Positions 39,677 through 49,510 are shown, counted from the first letter of the stretch. The stretch is 64,000 nt of DNA from Vicinamibacteria bacterium (GCA_964291235.2 OZ219816.1:352001-416000); one strand, 5' to 3'. Notes: generated by a model from the letters alone, not told the origin. Numbers and translations are program-made.

Positions 39677-40839
39677 TGCGAAGCGCCGCCATCGTCTTCC
39701 GGAAGGAACTCCTCGACGGGATCCGCGACCGGCGGGCCTTCATCGCGGTCCTGGTTTCGATCAGCATCTTCCCGCTGATGATGCTGCTCATCGGCCGCTT
39801 CAGCGAAGAGATCCGCGATGAAGTCCGGAACATGGAGGTTCCGGTGGAAGGCCGGGAAAACGCACCCGATCTCGTCGAATGGCTCGAACAGCAGCCAGGG
39901 CTGGAACTGACTCCGGCCCCGGAGGATCCCGAGACCGCGGTGCAGGAACGCGAGGTGGACCTGGTGCTGCGGATCCCGGCGGACTACGAGGAGCGGTTCG
40001 CGGAGGGACGGCCGGCGGAAGTGGAATTGGTCGCCGACAGTTCGCGGGCGGGAGCGCGGGCGCAGGCGGGCCGCGTCACCAGGCTGCTCGAGGGTTACGG
40101 GAACCAGGTTGCCGCCCTGCGCCTGATCAGCCGGGGGGTGAGTCCGCTGCTCATCCGCCCGCTCTCCGTCGAGCGCGCGGAGGTCTTCAGTTCCCGGCGG
40201 CGGACGGCCTTCTCCGCTCTCGGCTTCATCCCCATGTTCTTGCTGATGAACGCCTTCTTCGGCGGCATGCAGATCGCCTCGGACGCCATTGCCGGCGAAC
40301 GCGAGCGCGGGTCCATCGAGGCGCTGCTGCTGAACGCGGTTCCGGCGCGCTTCCTCGTCCTCGGCAAGTGGGCGGCGGCCTCGACCTTTGCCGTTTTCCT
40401 GACGATGCTCGGGATCGGAACCTGTGTGCTGGTGCTGCGCTTCATGCCCGGAGCGCTGAACATTTCACCGACCGTCGGCGACTGGGGACTGGTGGCGGTC
40501 GCCGCCCTCCCGCTGGCGCTTTTCTGCTCGGCGATTCAAGTGGTGGTTTCGACCTACGCGAAGTCGTACAAGGAAGCGCAGACCTATTTCGGCTACGTGG
40601 CCTTCCTCCCCATGATTCCCTTCTTCGCCGTCACCTTCAATCTCGTCGAGCAAGGGACCTGGACGGCCTTCATCCCGATTCTCGGCCAGCACCTGATGAT
40701 CCTGAACGTGATGGCCGGCGAAGCCCTCGCGACCTGGGAACTGGCGCTCGCCGGATTCATCGCGCTCGCCGCGGCCTGGGCGCTCCTGCGGTTCGCGTCA
40801 GCGCTCTTCGTCCGCGAGAGCGTTGTCTTCGTCCGCTGA
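39673..40839 (+). CDS. ABC-2 permease (NatB-like)
   Basis: KELLDGIRDRR, IAGERERGSIEALL, LGKW, AKSYKEAQTY. Confidence 0.9.
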   Translation: MMRSAAIVFRKELLDGIRDRRAFIAVLVSISIFPLMMLLIGRFSEEIRDEVRNMEVPVEGRENAPDLVEWLEQQPGLELTPAPEDPETAVQEREVDLVLRIPADYEERFAEGRPAEVELVADSSRAGARAQAGRVTRLLEGYGNQVAALRLISRGVSPLLIRPLSVERAEVFSSRRRTAFSALGFIPMFLLMNAFFGGMQIASDAIAGERERGSIEALLLNAVPARFLVLGKWAAASTFAVFLTMLGIGTCVLVLRFMPGALNISPTVGDWGLVAVAALPLALFCSAIQVVVSTYAKSYKEAQTYFGYVAFLPMIPFFAVTFNLVEQGTWTAFIPILGQHLMILNVMAGEALATWELALAGFIALAAAWALLRFASALFVRESVVFVR

Positions 40840-41493
40840 GCGGACGGTCGCCACCGCCTGGATCCGCCGGCCTTCCAGCCGGTACTTCCGCTCGAAGTTG
40901 GACCCCGCGAGTTCTCCCTCGTGCGTGGAGGCGGGCGGTTCGTAGGGACGGCGCTCCAGTCTCTTCCGGGACGCCAGCGCCTGCTCGATCTCGGCGAAGT
41001 ACTCCGGGGAGTCCGTGACGACTCGCAGGACGGCGCCGGGAGCAAGCACCCGCTCGCAGGCCGCGAGAAAGTCCGGCTGGATCAGGAGCCGCCGGTGCGC
41101 GTGCCGCCGCTTCGGCCAGGGGTCGGGGAAATACGCGTGCAGGCCGTCAACACAACCCGCCCGCAACGCTTCCAGCGTCTCGCGGGCCTCGCCGCGGACG
41201 ATGCGGGCATTCGGCCTTTCCCGCCGGCGGAGCCGGTCCGCGGCGTACAACCAGTAGCGCCGCGCCCGTTCCACTCCGACAAAGAGCGCGTCCGGCCGGA
41301 GCTCGGACTCGGCGACCAGAAAGGAACCTTTCCCCGAGCCGATCTCCACCTCGAGCGAAGCGTCACGCCGGTCTTCCCCGAACAGCCGGCGCGGGTCGAA
41401 CGGCCGCTCCAGCTCTTCCCCCAGTTCCTCCAGAGTGAACCCGTAGCCGGCCGGGTCGGTGTCCCGGCGGGTGCGGACGTGGCTGCGGCCCAT
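40798..41493 (-). CDS. trmB: tRNA (guanine-N7)-methyltransferase
   Basis: VEIGSGKG, FPDPWPKRRH..RR, VTDSPEY, SNFERKY. Confidence 0.93.
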   Translation of the reverse strand: MGRSHVRTRRDTDPAGYGFTLEELGEELERPFDPRRLFGEDRRDASLEVEIGSGKGSFLVAESELRPDALFVGVERARRYWLYAADRLRRRERPNARIVRGEARETLEALRAGCVDGLHAYFPDPWPKRRHAHRRLLIQPDFLAACERVLAPGAVLRVVTDSPEYFAEIEQALASRKRLERRPYEPPASTHEGELAGSNFERKYRLEGRRIQAVATVRSADEDNALADEER

Positions 41494-41528
41494 CCCGGAA
41501 GACGGCTGTGGTGAACGCGCTCGTCGTT

Positions 41529-42326
41529 CTAAGGCGCGTTCCCGCCCCGGCGGTGACTGAAGAGCCAGTCATAGAGGCCATCCTCACGATAGGCCTGGAC
41601 CCAGGAGTCGTGTCCCACCCCGGGATACTCGGTGTAGCGAGGTTCCGCTCCCGCGGCTTCGAGCGCGGCGACCATCCGCCGGGACTCCTCGGTGGGCACC
41701 CGCCGGTCCTCCCCGCCGTGGAAGATCCACACCGGGATGTCGGCGACCACCCGCGCCGCCTCCGCCCAGGGATCGTCGGGATGGGTGGCGGATGGGTGCC
41801 AGTCGGGCACCGGCATTCGGGTGCGCCTCGTGGTGATCCCGCCACACACCGGAACCAGGGCCGCGAAGCGCTCCGGATACCGGTAAGCGAGGGCCCAGGT
41901 CCCGTAGCCGCCCAGCGAGAGTCCCGTGAGGTACGTGCGGTCCGGATCGCCGCCGAACTCCGCAACCGACGCATCGAGCGCGGCGAGCGCCACCGTTTCG
42001 ATCTCGGGCGTCCCCCACCAGGAGTTCCGCGGCGACTGGGGCATCACCACCAGCGCCGGGAAATCGGGCCGCTCCCGGAGCACCGCGGGCAGTCCGATCT
42101 CGGTCTGGCGCACGCCGTCGGATCCCGACTGCCCCGCGCCGTGGAGGAACAGGATGACCGCGGGATTCGTTTCGGCGCCGGAGAGCACCGCCGCCGGAAC
42201 GAAGACCTGCCATCCGTACGTTCGGCCGCCCACCTCGGTGGTCCGGGGCAACACCTGCCCGTCCTGCGCGGAAGCCGTGGCCGTTGGCAACAGACTCAGG
42301 ACGAGCCCCAGGAGAACGAAGCGCAT
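41529..42326 (-). CDS. Secreted esterase/peptidase (alpha/beta hydrolase)
   Basis: Signal peptide; LFLHGAG, TGLSLGGYG, WIFHGGED, GHDSW. Confidence 0.88.
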   Translation of the reverse strand: MRFVLLGLVLSLLPTATASAQDGQVLPRTTEVGGRTYGWQVFVPAAVLSGAETNPAVILFLHGAGQSGSDGVRQTEIGLPAVLRERPDFPALVVMPQSPRNSWWGTPEIETVALAALDASVAEFGGDPDRTYLTGLSLGGYGTWALAYRYPERFAALVPVCGGITTRRTRMPVPDWHPSATHPDDPWAEAARVVADIPVWIFHGGEDRRVPTEESRRMVAALEAAGAEPRYTEYPGVGHDSWVQAYREDGLYDWLFSHRRGGNAP

Positions 42327-42376
42327 GGCGGCGGATGCTACAGCGGGGCGGCCGGGCGCGCGCGCCGGTGCCGGTG

Positions 42377-42395
42377 GTATATATCGAGATATACT
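42377..42395 (+). promoter_or_regulatory. vapBC operator palindrome overlapping a TATACT -10
   Basis: GTATATATCGAGATATAC near-palindrome, AT-rich in a GC-rich context, about 25 nt upstream of vapB. Confidence 0.6.
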
Positions 42396-42419
42396 GCAAA
42401 CTACCCGCTGGAGGGACGC

Positions 42420-42662
42420 ATGTCAGAGGAAGTTGCCTATCGAGGGGTCGCAAAGGTCTTCTGGAACGGCCGCAGCCAGGCCGTGCGGCTCCCCAAGCCG
42501 TGCCGTTTCGAGGCGGGGGAGGTAGAGGTGCTGAAGCGCGGGCGTGAGGTCATTCTGCGGCCGCGCGGCAAGGACTGGGACGCCTTCTTCGATGCGCCGG
42601 GGCGCGGCTCGTGGCCCGATCGGGAGCAGCCTCCCCACCAGGAGCGGGATCTTCTTCTGTGA
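42420..42662 (+). CDS. vapB: VapB antitoxin (AbrB/MazE fold)
   Basis: AKVFWNGRSQAVRLPK; GGAGGG ribosome-binding site. Confidence 0.9.
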   Translation: MSEEVAYRGVAKVFWNGRSQAVRLPKPCRFEAGEVEVLKRGREVILRPRGKDWDAFFDAPGRGSWPDREQPPHQERDLLL

Positions 42663-43060
42663 CCTTCCTGCTGGACACCGACGTCTGCGTCCACCTTCTC
42701 CGGAACACCAGCAAACCTCGGGAGCCATTCCGGCGGTACGCGAAACAGATCGGCATCTCGGCCGTCACCTACGCCGAACTCCGTTTCGGCCTGGAGCGGT
42801 CGGCCCGCCGGCGCGAGGGCGAGGAGAATCTGGAGCTCTTGTGCGATGACCTGGAAATCGCGCCGTTTGACCAGGAAGCCGCGCGCCACTACGGCGAGAT
42901 CCGGCAGGAGCTCAGCCGCCGCGGCGTGTTGATCGGCCCACTCGACCTCCTGATCGCGGCGCACGCCCGCAGCCGCGACGCCACGCTGGTGATGAACAAC
43001 GAACGCGAGTTCGGACGGGTGCCCGGCCTGCGCATCGAGAACTGGCTGCGGGCTGGATGA
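42659..43060 (+). CDS. vapC: VapC PIN-domain toxin
   Basis: FLLDTD, ISAVTYAEL, IGPLDLLIAAHA, NNEREFGRVPGL; GTGA overlap with vapB. Confidence 0.92.
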   Translation: MTFLLDTDVCVHLLRNTSKPREPFRRYAKQIGISAVTYAELRFGLERSARRREGEENLELLCDDLEIAPFDQEAARHYGEIRQELSRRGVLIGPLDLLIAAHARSRDATLVMNNEREFGRVPGLRIENWLRAG

Positions 43061-43102
43061 GGCGCCCAATCCCCCGAAGTTCCTGACGAGAGGAGTTCAC
43101 CC

Positions 43103-43603
43103 GTGACGATCGCCGAAGGCTTTGCCGCGGAATTCCAGGTCGAGGCCGCCGCCACCCGCAAGTTCCTCGAGCGTTTCGAAGAACAACACGCCGACTGGCA
43201 GCCCCACGAGAGGTCCATGTCCCTGTCGCGGTTGGCCAGCCACCTCGTGGAGGCGCCCGATTGGGCGGCCAGCATTGTGGACAGCGACCAGTTCGACTTC
43301 GGGACCGCCGACTACCGGCAACCGCACTGGACGACGCGTACCGAACTCCTTGAGAACCATGCGCGGATCGCGGCCCGGTTCGTGGAGCTCCTGGACGGAA
43401 AGTCCGACGACTTGATGCGCGCTCCCTGGCGCCTCCTGCTGAACGGGCAGGTGCTCGAGGACACCGTCCGCGACGCGGCGATCCGGAACTTCATCCTGAG
43501 CCACCTGATCCACCACCGCGGCCAACTGAGCGTCTACTACCGGCTGCTGGGGATCCCCGTACCGGGCCCCTACGGTCCCTCGGCGGACGACGGCAACGGA
43601 TAA
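43103..43603 (+). CDS. DinB family protein
   Basis: WQPHERSMSL..LASHL, HLIHHRGQLSVY. Confidence 0.9.
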   Translation: MTIAEGFAAEFQVEAAATRKFLERFEEQHADWQPHERSMSLSRLASHLVEAPDWAASIVDSDQFDFGTADYRQPHWTTRTELLENHARIAARFVELLDGKSDDLMRAPWRLLLNGQVLEDTVRDAAIRNFILSHLIHHRGQLSVYYRLLGIPVPGPYGPSADDGNG

Positions 43604-44861
43604 CAACCGTTCCGGCGGCAGGACCGCCCTCGTCCTCGGCGCGGGCGCGATCGGTTTGTCCTGCGCCTACTTCCTGCGGCGCGCCGGCTGGGAGGTAACG
43701 CTGGTGGACCGCGGCGAGCCCGGACACGGCTGCACCCTCGGCACCGCGGGCCTGCTGTGCCCGGCACATTCCCAACCGCTTCCCGGCCCGGGAGTGCTCG
43801 CGAAGGCGCTCCGCTGGATGCTGCGGGAAGACAGTCCCTTCCACATCCGCTTCCGCCTCGATCCGAAGCTTCCCGGATGGCTTCTCGGCTTCGCCCGGGC
43901 GTGCACGCTCGCCCGGTCCCGCGAGGGCTTCCGGGCCACCTGCGCGCTGTCCACCCTGAGCCTCCACATGTTCGAGGAGGTCCTCGCGCGCGGCGACGCG
44001 GACTTCTTCTTCGAGCGGCGCGGCGGCTACTGGGCTTTCCTGACCGAGGCCGGGGCGGCCCACGCCCGCGTGGAGGCCGAGGAACTGCGGCGGAACGGCT
44101 TTCCCGTGGACTTCCTGGTCGGGGATGCGGCCCGCGAGCGCGAGCCGGCCCTCTCCGACGCGGTCCGGGCGGCCCTCTTCCTGCACGGGGACGCCCACGG
44201 ATCGAGCCTCGGCTTCGCTGAGTCGCTCACCGCGACTCTCGAGCGCCAGGGGGGCCTGGTGGAAGCCGGCGTCCGGGTGCTGCGACTCCTGCGCGACCGC
44301 GGCCGCGTCACGGGCGCCGAGGTGGTGACGGCCGACGGAGTCCGCGAGGAGCGGGTCGCCGATCAGACCATCCTGGCGCTCGGCGCCTTCTCTCCCGGAC
44401 TCGCCCGCACCGCGGGCGTGCGGCTTCCCATCCAGCCGGCCAAGGGCTACAGCGCCACCGTCCGCACCTTCGACGGAGTGCCGGCCATTCCGGTGACGGT
44501 CGCCGAGCGCAAGGTCATCATCACCCCGCTGCAGGACCGGGTGCGCTTCGCGGGCACGCTCGAACTCGCGGGACTCGATCCGGAATTGAACGAGCGGCGC
44601 TACCGGGCGGTCATCTCCGGGGGCCAGGCGGGCCTCCGGACTCCCATCCCGCTGGAGGACGAGGTGGCCTGGAAGGGTTTCCGGCCGCTCACGCCTACCA
44701 GCATTCCCCTCATCGGCCGGCCCCCCGGACGGGAAGGCCTGCTGGTGGCGGCCGGCCACGGAATGCTCGGATTCACCCAATCGCTCGGCACCGGGCGCCT
44801 GGTCCAGCAACTCGCCGACGGCGAGCCCCCGAGCGTGGATCCGACGCCGTACGCGCCGTAG
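43590..44861 (+). CDS. FAD-dependent D-amino acid dehydrogenase (DadA-like); start uncertain
   Basis: RTALVLGAGAIG lies upstream of the first TTG; PAKGYS, GTLEL, WKGFRP, GHGMLG. Confidence 0.85.
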   Translation, partial: TATDNNRSGGRTALVLGAGAIGLSCAYFLRRAGWEVTLVDRGEPGHGCTLGTAGLLCPAHSQPLPGPGVLAKALRWMLREDSPFHIRFRLDPKLPGWLLGFARACTLARSREGFRATCALSTLSLHMFEEVLARGDADFFFERRGGYWAFLTEAGAAHARVEAEELRRNGFPVDFLVGDAAREREPALSDAVRAALFLHGDAHGSSLGFAESLTATLERQGGLVEAGVRVLRLLRDRGRVTGAEVVTADGVREERVADQTILALGAFSPGLARTAGVRLPIQPAKGYSATVRTFDGVPAIPVTVAERKVIITPLQDRVRFAGTLELAGLDPELNERRYRAVISGGQAGLRTPIPLEDEVAWKGFRPLTPTSIPLIGRPPGREGLLVAAGHGMLGFTQSLGTGRLVQQLADGEPPSVDPTPYAP

Positions 44862-44953
44862 GGCCGTCGCCTGGGAACGCTGGCGCACTCCCGGTAGCGG
44901 CGCGCGAACCGAGCGACGGGGGCCGCTAGCCGGCCGCGCGGCTGCGGCCGAGA

Positions 44954-45556
44954 CTATGCCGGGCTTCGGGACAGACGGCCGAGCGCCAGCACGGTCACCG
45001 CTCCGTACACCGCACCGAACAGGGCCCCGAACAAGGGACTCGCCCCCTCGAACCCGCCGGCCACGCCCACCGACGCGGTGAGGACGGCGGCCAGGATGAA
45101 GCCGCCGGCGCTGGCGAACGCCAACAGACCGGCTCTCGGGGCGCACTGCCGAAGGGCGAGCCAGTGCGCGAGAACGAACGCGGTGAGGCCCACGGCGGCG
45201 GGCGCCGCCGGCGGCTCGGGGTAACCCGCCATGCCCAGGGCCTCGTTGGCGGCGAAGCCGGTGGCGGCAGCGGCCGCCCCGGCGACGGCCAGGGCGACGG
45301 GCCAGCGGGCCGCCCACGAGACCTGGTGGCGCAGCAGCAGCCACTGCGCGAGCGCGATGCCGCCGAGGACGCCGCCTCCCGCAACGGTCCCGACGACGGC
45401 TTCCCCGACCACGGAGCCGAAGGCCTCATGCGCCGCGCCTCCCACCAGGTAGGAGAGCGGCCGCGCGACCGCGGCTGCCACCGCCATCCCCGCAGCGCTG
45501 GCGAGCACCCAGCGAATCCGGAATCCGCGGTCCGTCAGTCCGTTCGCTTCCGGCAT
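44954..45556 (-). CDS. Hypothetical membrane protein
   Basis: About 6 hydrophobic segments; repeated QWLLLR/HWLALR. Confidence 0.7.
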   Translation of the reverse strand: MPEANGLTDRGFRIRWVLASAAGMAVAAAVARPLSYLVGGAAHEAFGSVVGEAVVGTVAGGGVLGGIALAQWLLLRHQVSWAARWPVALAVAGAAAAATGFAANEALGMAGYPEPPAAPAAVGLTAFVLAHWLALRQCAPRAGLLAFASAGGFILAAVLTASVGVAGGFEGASPLFGALFGAVYGAVTVLALGRLSRSPA

Positions 45557-45579
45557 TTCCCTGGACGGCTCCGGCGCCG

Positions 45580-47016
45580 TCAGCGGACCTTCTCGGAGTA
45601 GTTGACGCCGACGTAAATGCGGAGCGCGACGCCCTCGTCGTTCACCTGGAAGCGGACGAGCTCCCCGTGGGCCCCAAAGCCGTCGCTCTCCAGCCGGAAC
45701 ACATGCGGTTCGTCGGTGGCGCGCAGGGTCCCCTTCGATCGATCGGGGTTTTCGGAAAGCGACGAGAAGATCACCAGTTCATCCTCAAGACGAAGAACGC
45801 TCGTATCCCCCCATCGGTTCCGATAGGTGCCGATGTAGATGTCCCAGGCCGGGTCGTAGGCGACGGTCTCCTCTTCCTCCTCCGCGAGGGCCGGAGCGAC
45901 CCACTCGAACGCCTTGTTCAGGAAACGGCCGGGGTCTCCGTCGCCGGCGTTCGTGAACACCACCACGCCGACGTTCTCTTCGGGACTCAACTGCGTCTGG
46001 GTGCGGTAGCCGGGATAGGAGCCGCCGTGGCCGACGAGGTCGCGGTCCTCGGTGTGCCGCACCGAGAACCCGAGTCCCCAGCCGCTGTCCCACGACGGCT
46101 GGACCCAGTGGACGCGCTGCATCTCGAGCAGGGTGTTCGTCGCGAGCACCGCATCGCTCTTGCGGTCGCGAACCCGCATCTGCCACTGGAGGAACTTCAG
46201 CATGTCCGGCACGTTGGACGAGACCCCGGTCGCCGGATCAAACGCCCGGGCGTCGACGAAGGGCATGGCCTGCCGGCTGCCGTCCGCCATCCGCCGCCCG
46301 TATCCGGTGGCCAGGCGGTCCTCGTGGTCGGCCGGGATCGGACCCACGCTCGTCGAGTCCATGCCGAGCGGCTCGAGGATTCCCTGATTCACCAGATCGG
46401 CGAACGACGTCCCGGAGGCGGCCTCGGCCACCATCCCGGCGAGGGTGAAGCCCAGGTTGGAGTACTTCCACTTGGTCTCGGTGGCGTACGTCGTCTCCTG
46501 ATCCGAGACCGTGTCCCGGACCGCCTCCGCCTCGGGGAACTCGAATTCGGTCCAGGCCGGGTGGATGGACTCCCGCGGCAGCCCGGCGGTGTGGGTGAGG
46601 AGGTGCCGCACGGTCACCGCGCGGGCCTCCGGATGGCGGTTCTTGATGTCGAACCAGGGGAGGTGATCCACCACGGGATCATCCAGCCGGAGCGCTCCGG
46701 CGTCCCGGGCGCGCAGCACGCTGATCGCGGTGAAGAGCTTCGAGTGCGAGGCGATCCGGAAGATCGAGTCCTCGCTCATCGGCATCATCGGATCCAGCGA
46801 GGAGTGGCCGTAGGCCTTGAGCAGGACGACTTCCTGATCGTGGACGATCCCGATCACGAGTCCGACCCCCTCGTACTCGACCTGCGCGCGAATCCACTCG
46901 TCGAGCATGGTGATCCCGGCCTGGACCTTCGGGTCGGGATGCTCGGCGGCGCCGGCGGACGGACTGGAGAGAAGTGCGGCGAGGACAGCGCCCGCCAGGA
47001 CAAGGTGTCTGTACAT
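45580..47016 (-). CDS. Secreted serine hydrolase (beta-lactamase class C-like)
   Basis: Signal peptide; FRIASHSK (SxxK), LLTHTAGL, YSN, HGG. Confidence 0.9.
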   Translation of the reverse strand: MYRHLVLAGAVLAALLSSPSAGAAEHPDPKVQAGITMLDEWIRAQVEYEGVGLVIGIVHDQEVVLLKAYGHSSLDPMMPMSEDSIFRIASHSKLFTAISVLRARDAGALRLDDPVVDHLPWFDIKNRHPEARAVTVRHLLTHTAGLPRESIHPAWTEFEFPEAEAVRDTVSDQETTYATETKWKYSNLGFTLAGMVAEAASGTSFADLVNQGILEPLGMDSTSVGPIPADHEDRLATGYGRRMADGSRQAMPFVDARAFDPATGVSSNVPDMLKFLQWQMRVRDRKSDAVLATNTLLEMQRVHWVQPSWDSGWGLGFSVRHTEDRDLVGHGGSYPGYRTQTQLSPEENVGVVVFTNAGDGDPGRFLNKAFEWVAPALAEEEEETVAYDPAWDIYIGTYRNRWGDTSVLRLEDELVIFSSLSENPDRSKGTLRATDEPHVFRLESDGFGAHGELVRFQVNDEGVALRIYVGVNYSEKVR

Positions 47017-47039
47017 ACGAATACGAGGTCCGCTAGCGG

Positions 47040-48245
47040 CTAGCGGCGAAAAACGACGGCGCCGTCCACCAGAACGATGGCCGTCCTGGCGTAGGTGCCG
47101 ATCGGATGGGAATCCCAGATGACGACGTCGGCGTCGAGACCCGGGGCGATGCTTCCGACCCGGTCAGCCACCCCGAGGATTTCGGCCGCATCGGCGGTGA
47201 CCGCGGCGAGCGCCGCCGCGCGCGGGAGCCCGTGCGCCCAGGCGACGATCGCCTCCATGGCCACCGAGCGGCCCCGGGAGCCGAAGGTCGAGAGCGCGAT
47301 CTTCACCCCGGCGGCGTGGAGATTGCCCGCCGTCGCGGGGGAGTGGCCCTTGAGTTCCATGGGACCGCCGTCTCCGATGCCGATCACCGAGGGACCGACC
47401 ACCACCGGAACTCCGGCCTCGGCAAGCCGGGCAGCCACCGTGGAGGCGCCGGCCGCCTGATCGAGGACCAGACGCACATCGAACTCCCCCGCCACCCGCA
47501 GCGCCGTCTCGATGTCGTCGGGCTTGTTGGCGAGCATCCGGAGGGGCAGCTCGCCCGCCAGCAGCCGGCCCAGGACCCCACCGGCCTCGCCCTCGATGGC
47601 GTCCTCTCCCGCCCGGATCAGGGTGTTTCGGAAGTCGTAGATCATCCCCTGCCGCGTGGTGCGGCCGGCCGGGGCCTCCCGTCCGGGGGGCGCTTCCCCG
47701 ACCGCGGTCTCACCGAAGGACGCCGCGACCGCCGTCTCCTCGGCCACGATGGCGGTGTCCGCCGAGCCGGCCAGTTTCACCACCGCGCCGGTACCGCCGA
47801 CGAGCAGCCGGGGATCGGGAGCCAGATACACGGTGGTGACTCCGGACCGGAGCCACAGGGGCGCGAGGTTCTCCGCGAAGCGGTCCACCGCGCGGAGCTC
47901 GGGGGCGACCGCATCGCCGGGCTCGCCAGTCAGGTTGATGAGCGCCCCGCCGCCCCCGGGGCCGGTCCCGAGGAAGGTCTGCGAGTCGAGGAGCCCCGGG
48001 GTGACGACCATCCCCTCGGCCGAGATCACCTCGGCGCCTTCGGGAAGCTCGACTCCCGCGCCGACGGCGGTGATCTTCCCCTCCTCGATGAGGACGGTCG
48101 CCCCGGGCAGCACCTCGCCGTTTCCGACGTGCACTTCCCCGCCCACGATCGCCACCGGCTGGGCAAGGAGGAGCGCGGGAAGGCCGAGCGCGAGCCCGGC
48201 TACGATGAGTCCGGCCGCGATCCGTCCGGGGAACGGGCGCCGCAT
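47040..48245 (-). CDS. Secreted amidohydrolase-fold protein lacking metal ligands
   Basis: Amidohydrolase N- and C-terminal motifs are present (VTPGLLD, RVGSIAPGLDADVVIW), but HxH is replaced by QTF. Confidence 0.8.
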   Translation of the reverse strand: MRRPFPGRIAAGLIVAGLALGLPALLLAQPVAIVGGEVHVGNGEVLPGATVLIEEGKITAVGAGVELPEGAEVISAEGMVVTPGLLDSQTFLGTGPGGGGALINLTGEPGDAVAPELRAVDRFAENLAPLWLRSGVTTVYLAPDPRLLVGGTGAVVKLAGSADTAIVAEETAVAASFGETAVGEAPPGREAPAGRTTRQGMIYDFRNTLIRAGEDAIEGEAGGVLGRLLAGELPLRMLANKPDDIETALRVAGEFDVRLVLDQAAGASTVAARLAEAGVPVVVGPSVIGIGDGGPMELKGHSPATAGNLHAAGVKIALSTFGSRGRSVAMEAIVAWAHGLPRAAALAAVTADAAEILGVADRVGSIAPGLDADVVIWDSHPIGTYARTAIVLVDGAVVFRR

Positions 48246-49510
48246 CACCAGCCCTCCGGCACCACGTCGCCGAAGACGTTGTGCCCCGTCTCGCGGTTGA
48301 AGACCTCCGCCCCGTCCACGAAGACCCGCAGCACCAGGCTCTCGTAGGCGAGCGGATCTTCACCGCCCAGAATGACGATATCGGCGTCCTTGCCGGCTTC
48401 CAGGCTCCCGACCCGGTCGTCGATGTGGAAGATGCGGGCGCCGTTCAGCGTCAGCGCCGCCAGGGCCTCTTCCGGCGGCATTCCCTGCCGCACGAACATG
48501 GCGCCGGTGTGGCGCAGCCAGTAGGAGTGGCCGTCCGGGGGATCCTGATGGAAGGCGACCAGCCCTCCGAGTTCCGCGAGCCGCACCGGCCCGAGAAGGT
48601 CCTCGCTCTCCCGGCTGTCACCGGGCAGAACGGGACCGAAACTGACCGGCATCCCGAGCTCGTGAAGCTCCTCCGCTAGCGCCAGCGTCGCGCCTCCGTG
48701 ATGGATGTAGGCGTCGAGGTTGAACCGGCGCCTGAGTTCCATGGCGTGGCGCATCTGCTGCTCGGTGCTGGAGTGGACTCCGAGCACCCACTCACGGGTG
48801 AGCAGCCGGCCGAGGGCCTCGTAGGTCAGGTTGCGCGGAGGCTTCGGATTCTCGGAATCCGCTTCGTGGGCGGCGATGGCATCGAGGTATTCCCCGGCGG
48901 CTTCGAGTTCGCCGCTCAGCAGGTCGAAGACTTCCTGCTCGGTCTCGGGGAAGTTGGGATACGGGGTGGTGGCCCGGATCGCCATCTTGATCCCGCCGGG
49001 CGCCAGGAACATGTCCTCCACGGTCCCGCCGCGCATCTTGACGAGGGCGGCCTGACCGCTGTTGGGGCTCCGGCTGCCGGTGGTGATGTTCTGGGTGGTG
49101 ATCCCCGAAGCGACCGCCAACGCGAAGGCGGGATCCCCGGAATCCAGTCCGTCGATCGCCCGCACGTGGGCGTTGATCGGCCCCGAGAGTTCGTTGTTGT
49201 TGGACCCCGTCGCCGGGATGTTGAGCACCTTGAATCCGGTGTGCGAATGGGTCTCGATGATGCCCGGAATCACGCTCATCCCGGTCGCGTCGATCACCTC
49301 GGCCCCCGCCGGAACCGCAACATCCGCACCCACCGCCTCGATCTTCCCGTCCCGGATCACCACCGTCCCGCCGGGAATCGGCTCGGAACTCACCGGATAG
49401 ACAAGCCCGCCGGTGATGGCGATGAGGCCGTCCTCCGGCGTCTCGGGAGCACAGGCGGACGCGGCGAGCGCAGCACCAAGTGCAACGCTGAGAACCGCTC
49501 TTGCCCTCAT
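48245..49510 (-). CDS. Amidohydrolase family lipoprotein
   Basis: Lipobox ASAC; PGIIETHSH; RVGSLEAGKDADIV. Confidence 0.88.
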   Translation of the reverse strand: MRARAVLSVALGAALAASACAPETPEDGLIAITGGLVYPVSSEPIPGGTVVIRDGKIEAVGADVAVPAGAEVIDATGMSVIPGIIETHSHTGFKVLNIPATGSNNNELSGPINAHVRAIDGLDSGDPAFALAVASGITTQNITTGSRSPNSGQAALVKMRGGTVEDMFLAPGGIKMAIRATTPYPNFPETEQEVFDLLSGELEAAGEYLDAIAAHEADSENPKPPRNLTYEALGRLLTREWVLGVHSSTEQQMRHAMELRRRFNLDAYIHHGGATLALAEELHELGMPVSFGPVLPGDSRESEDLLGPVRLAELGGLVAFHQDPPDGHSYWLRHTGAMFVRQGMPPEEALAALTLNGARIFHIDDRVGSLEAGKDADIVILGGEDPLAYESLVLRVFVDGAEVFNRETGHNVFGDVVPEGW

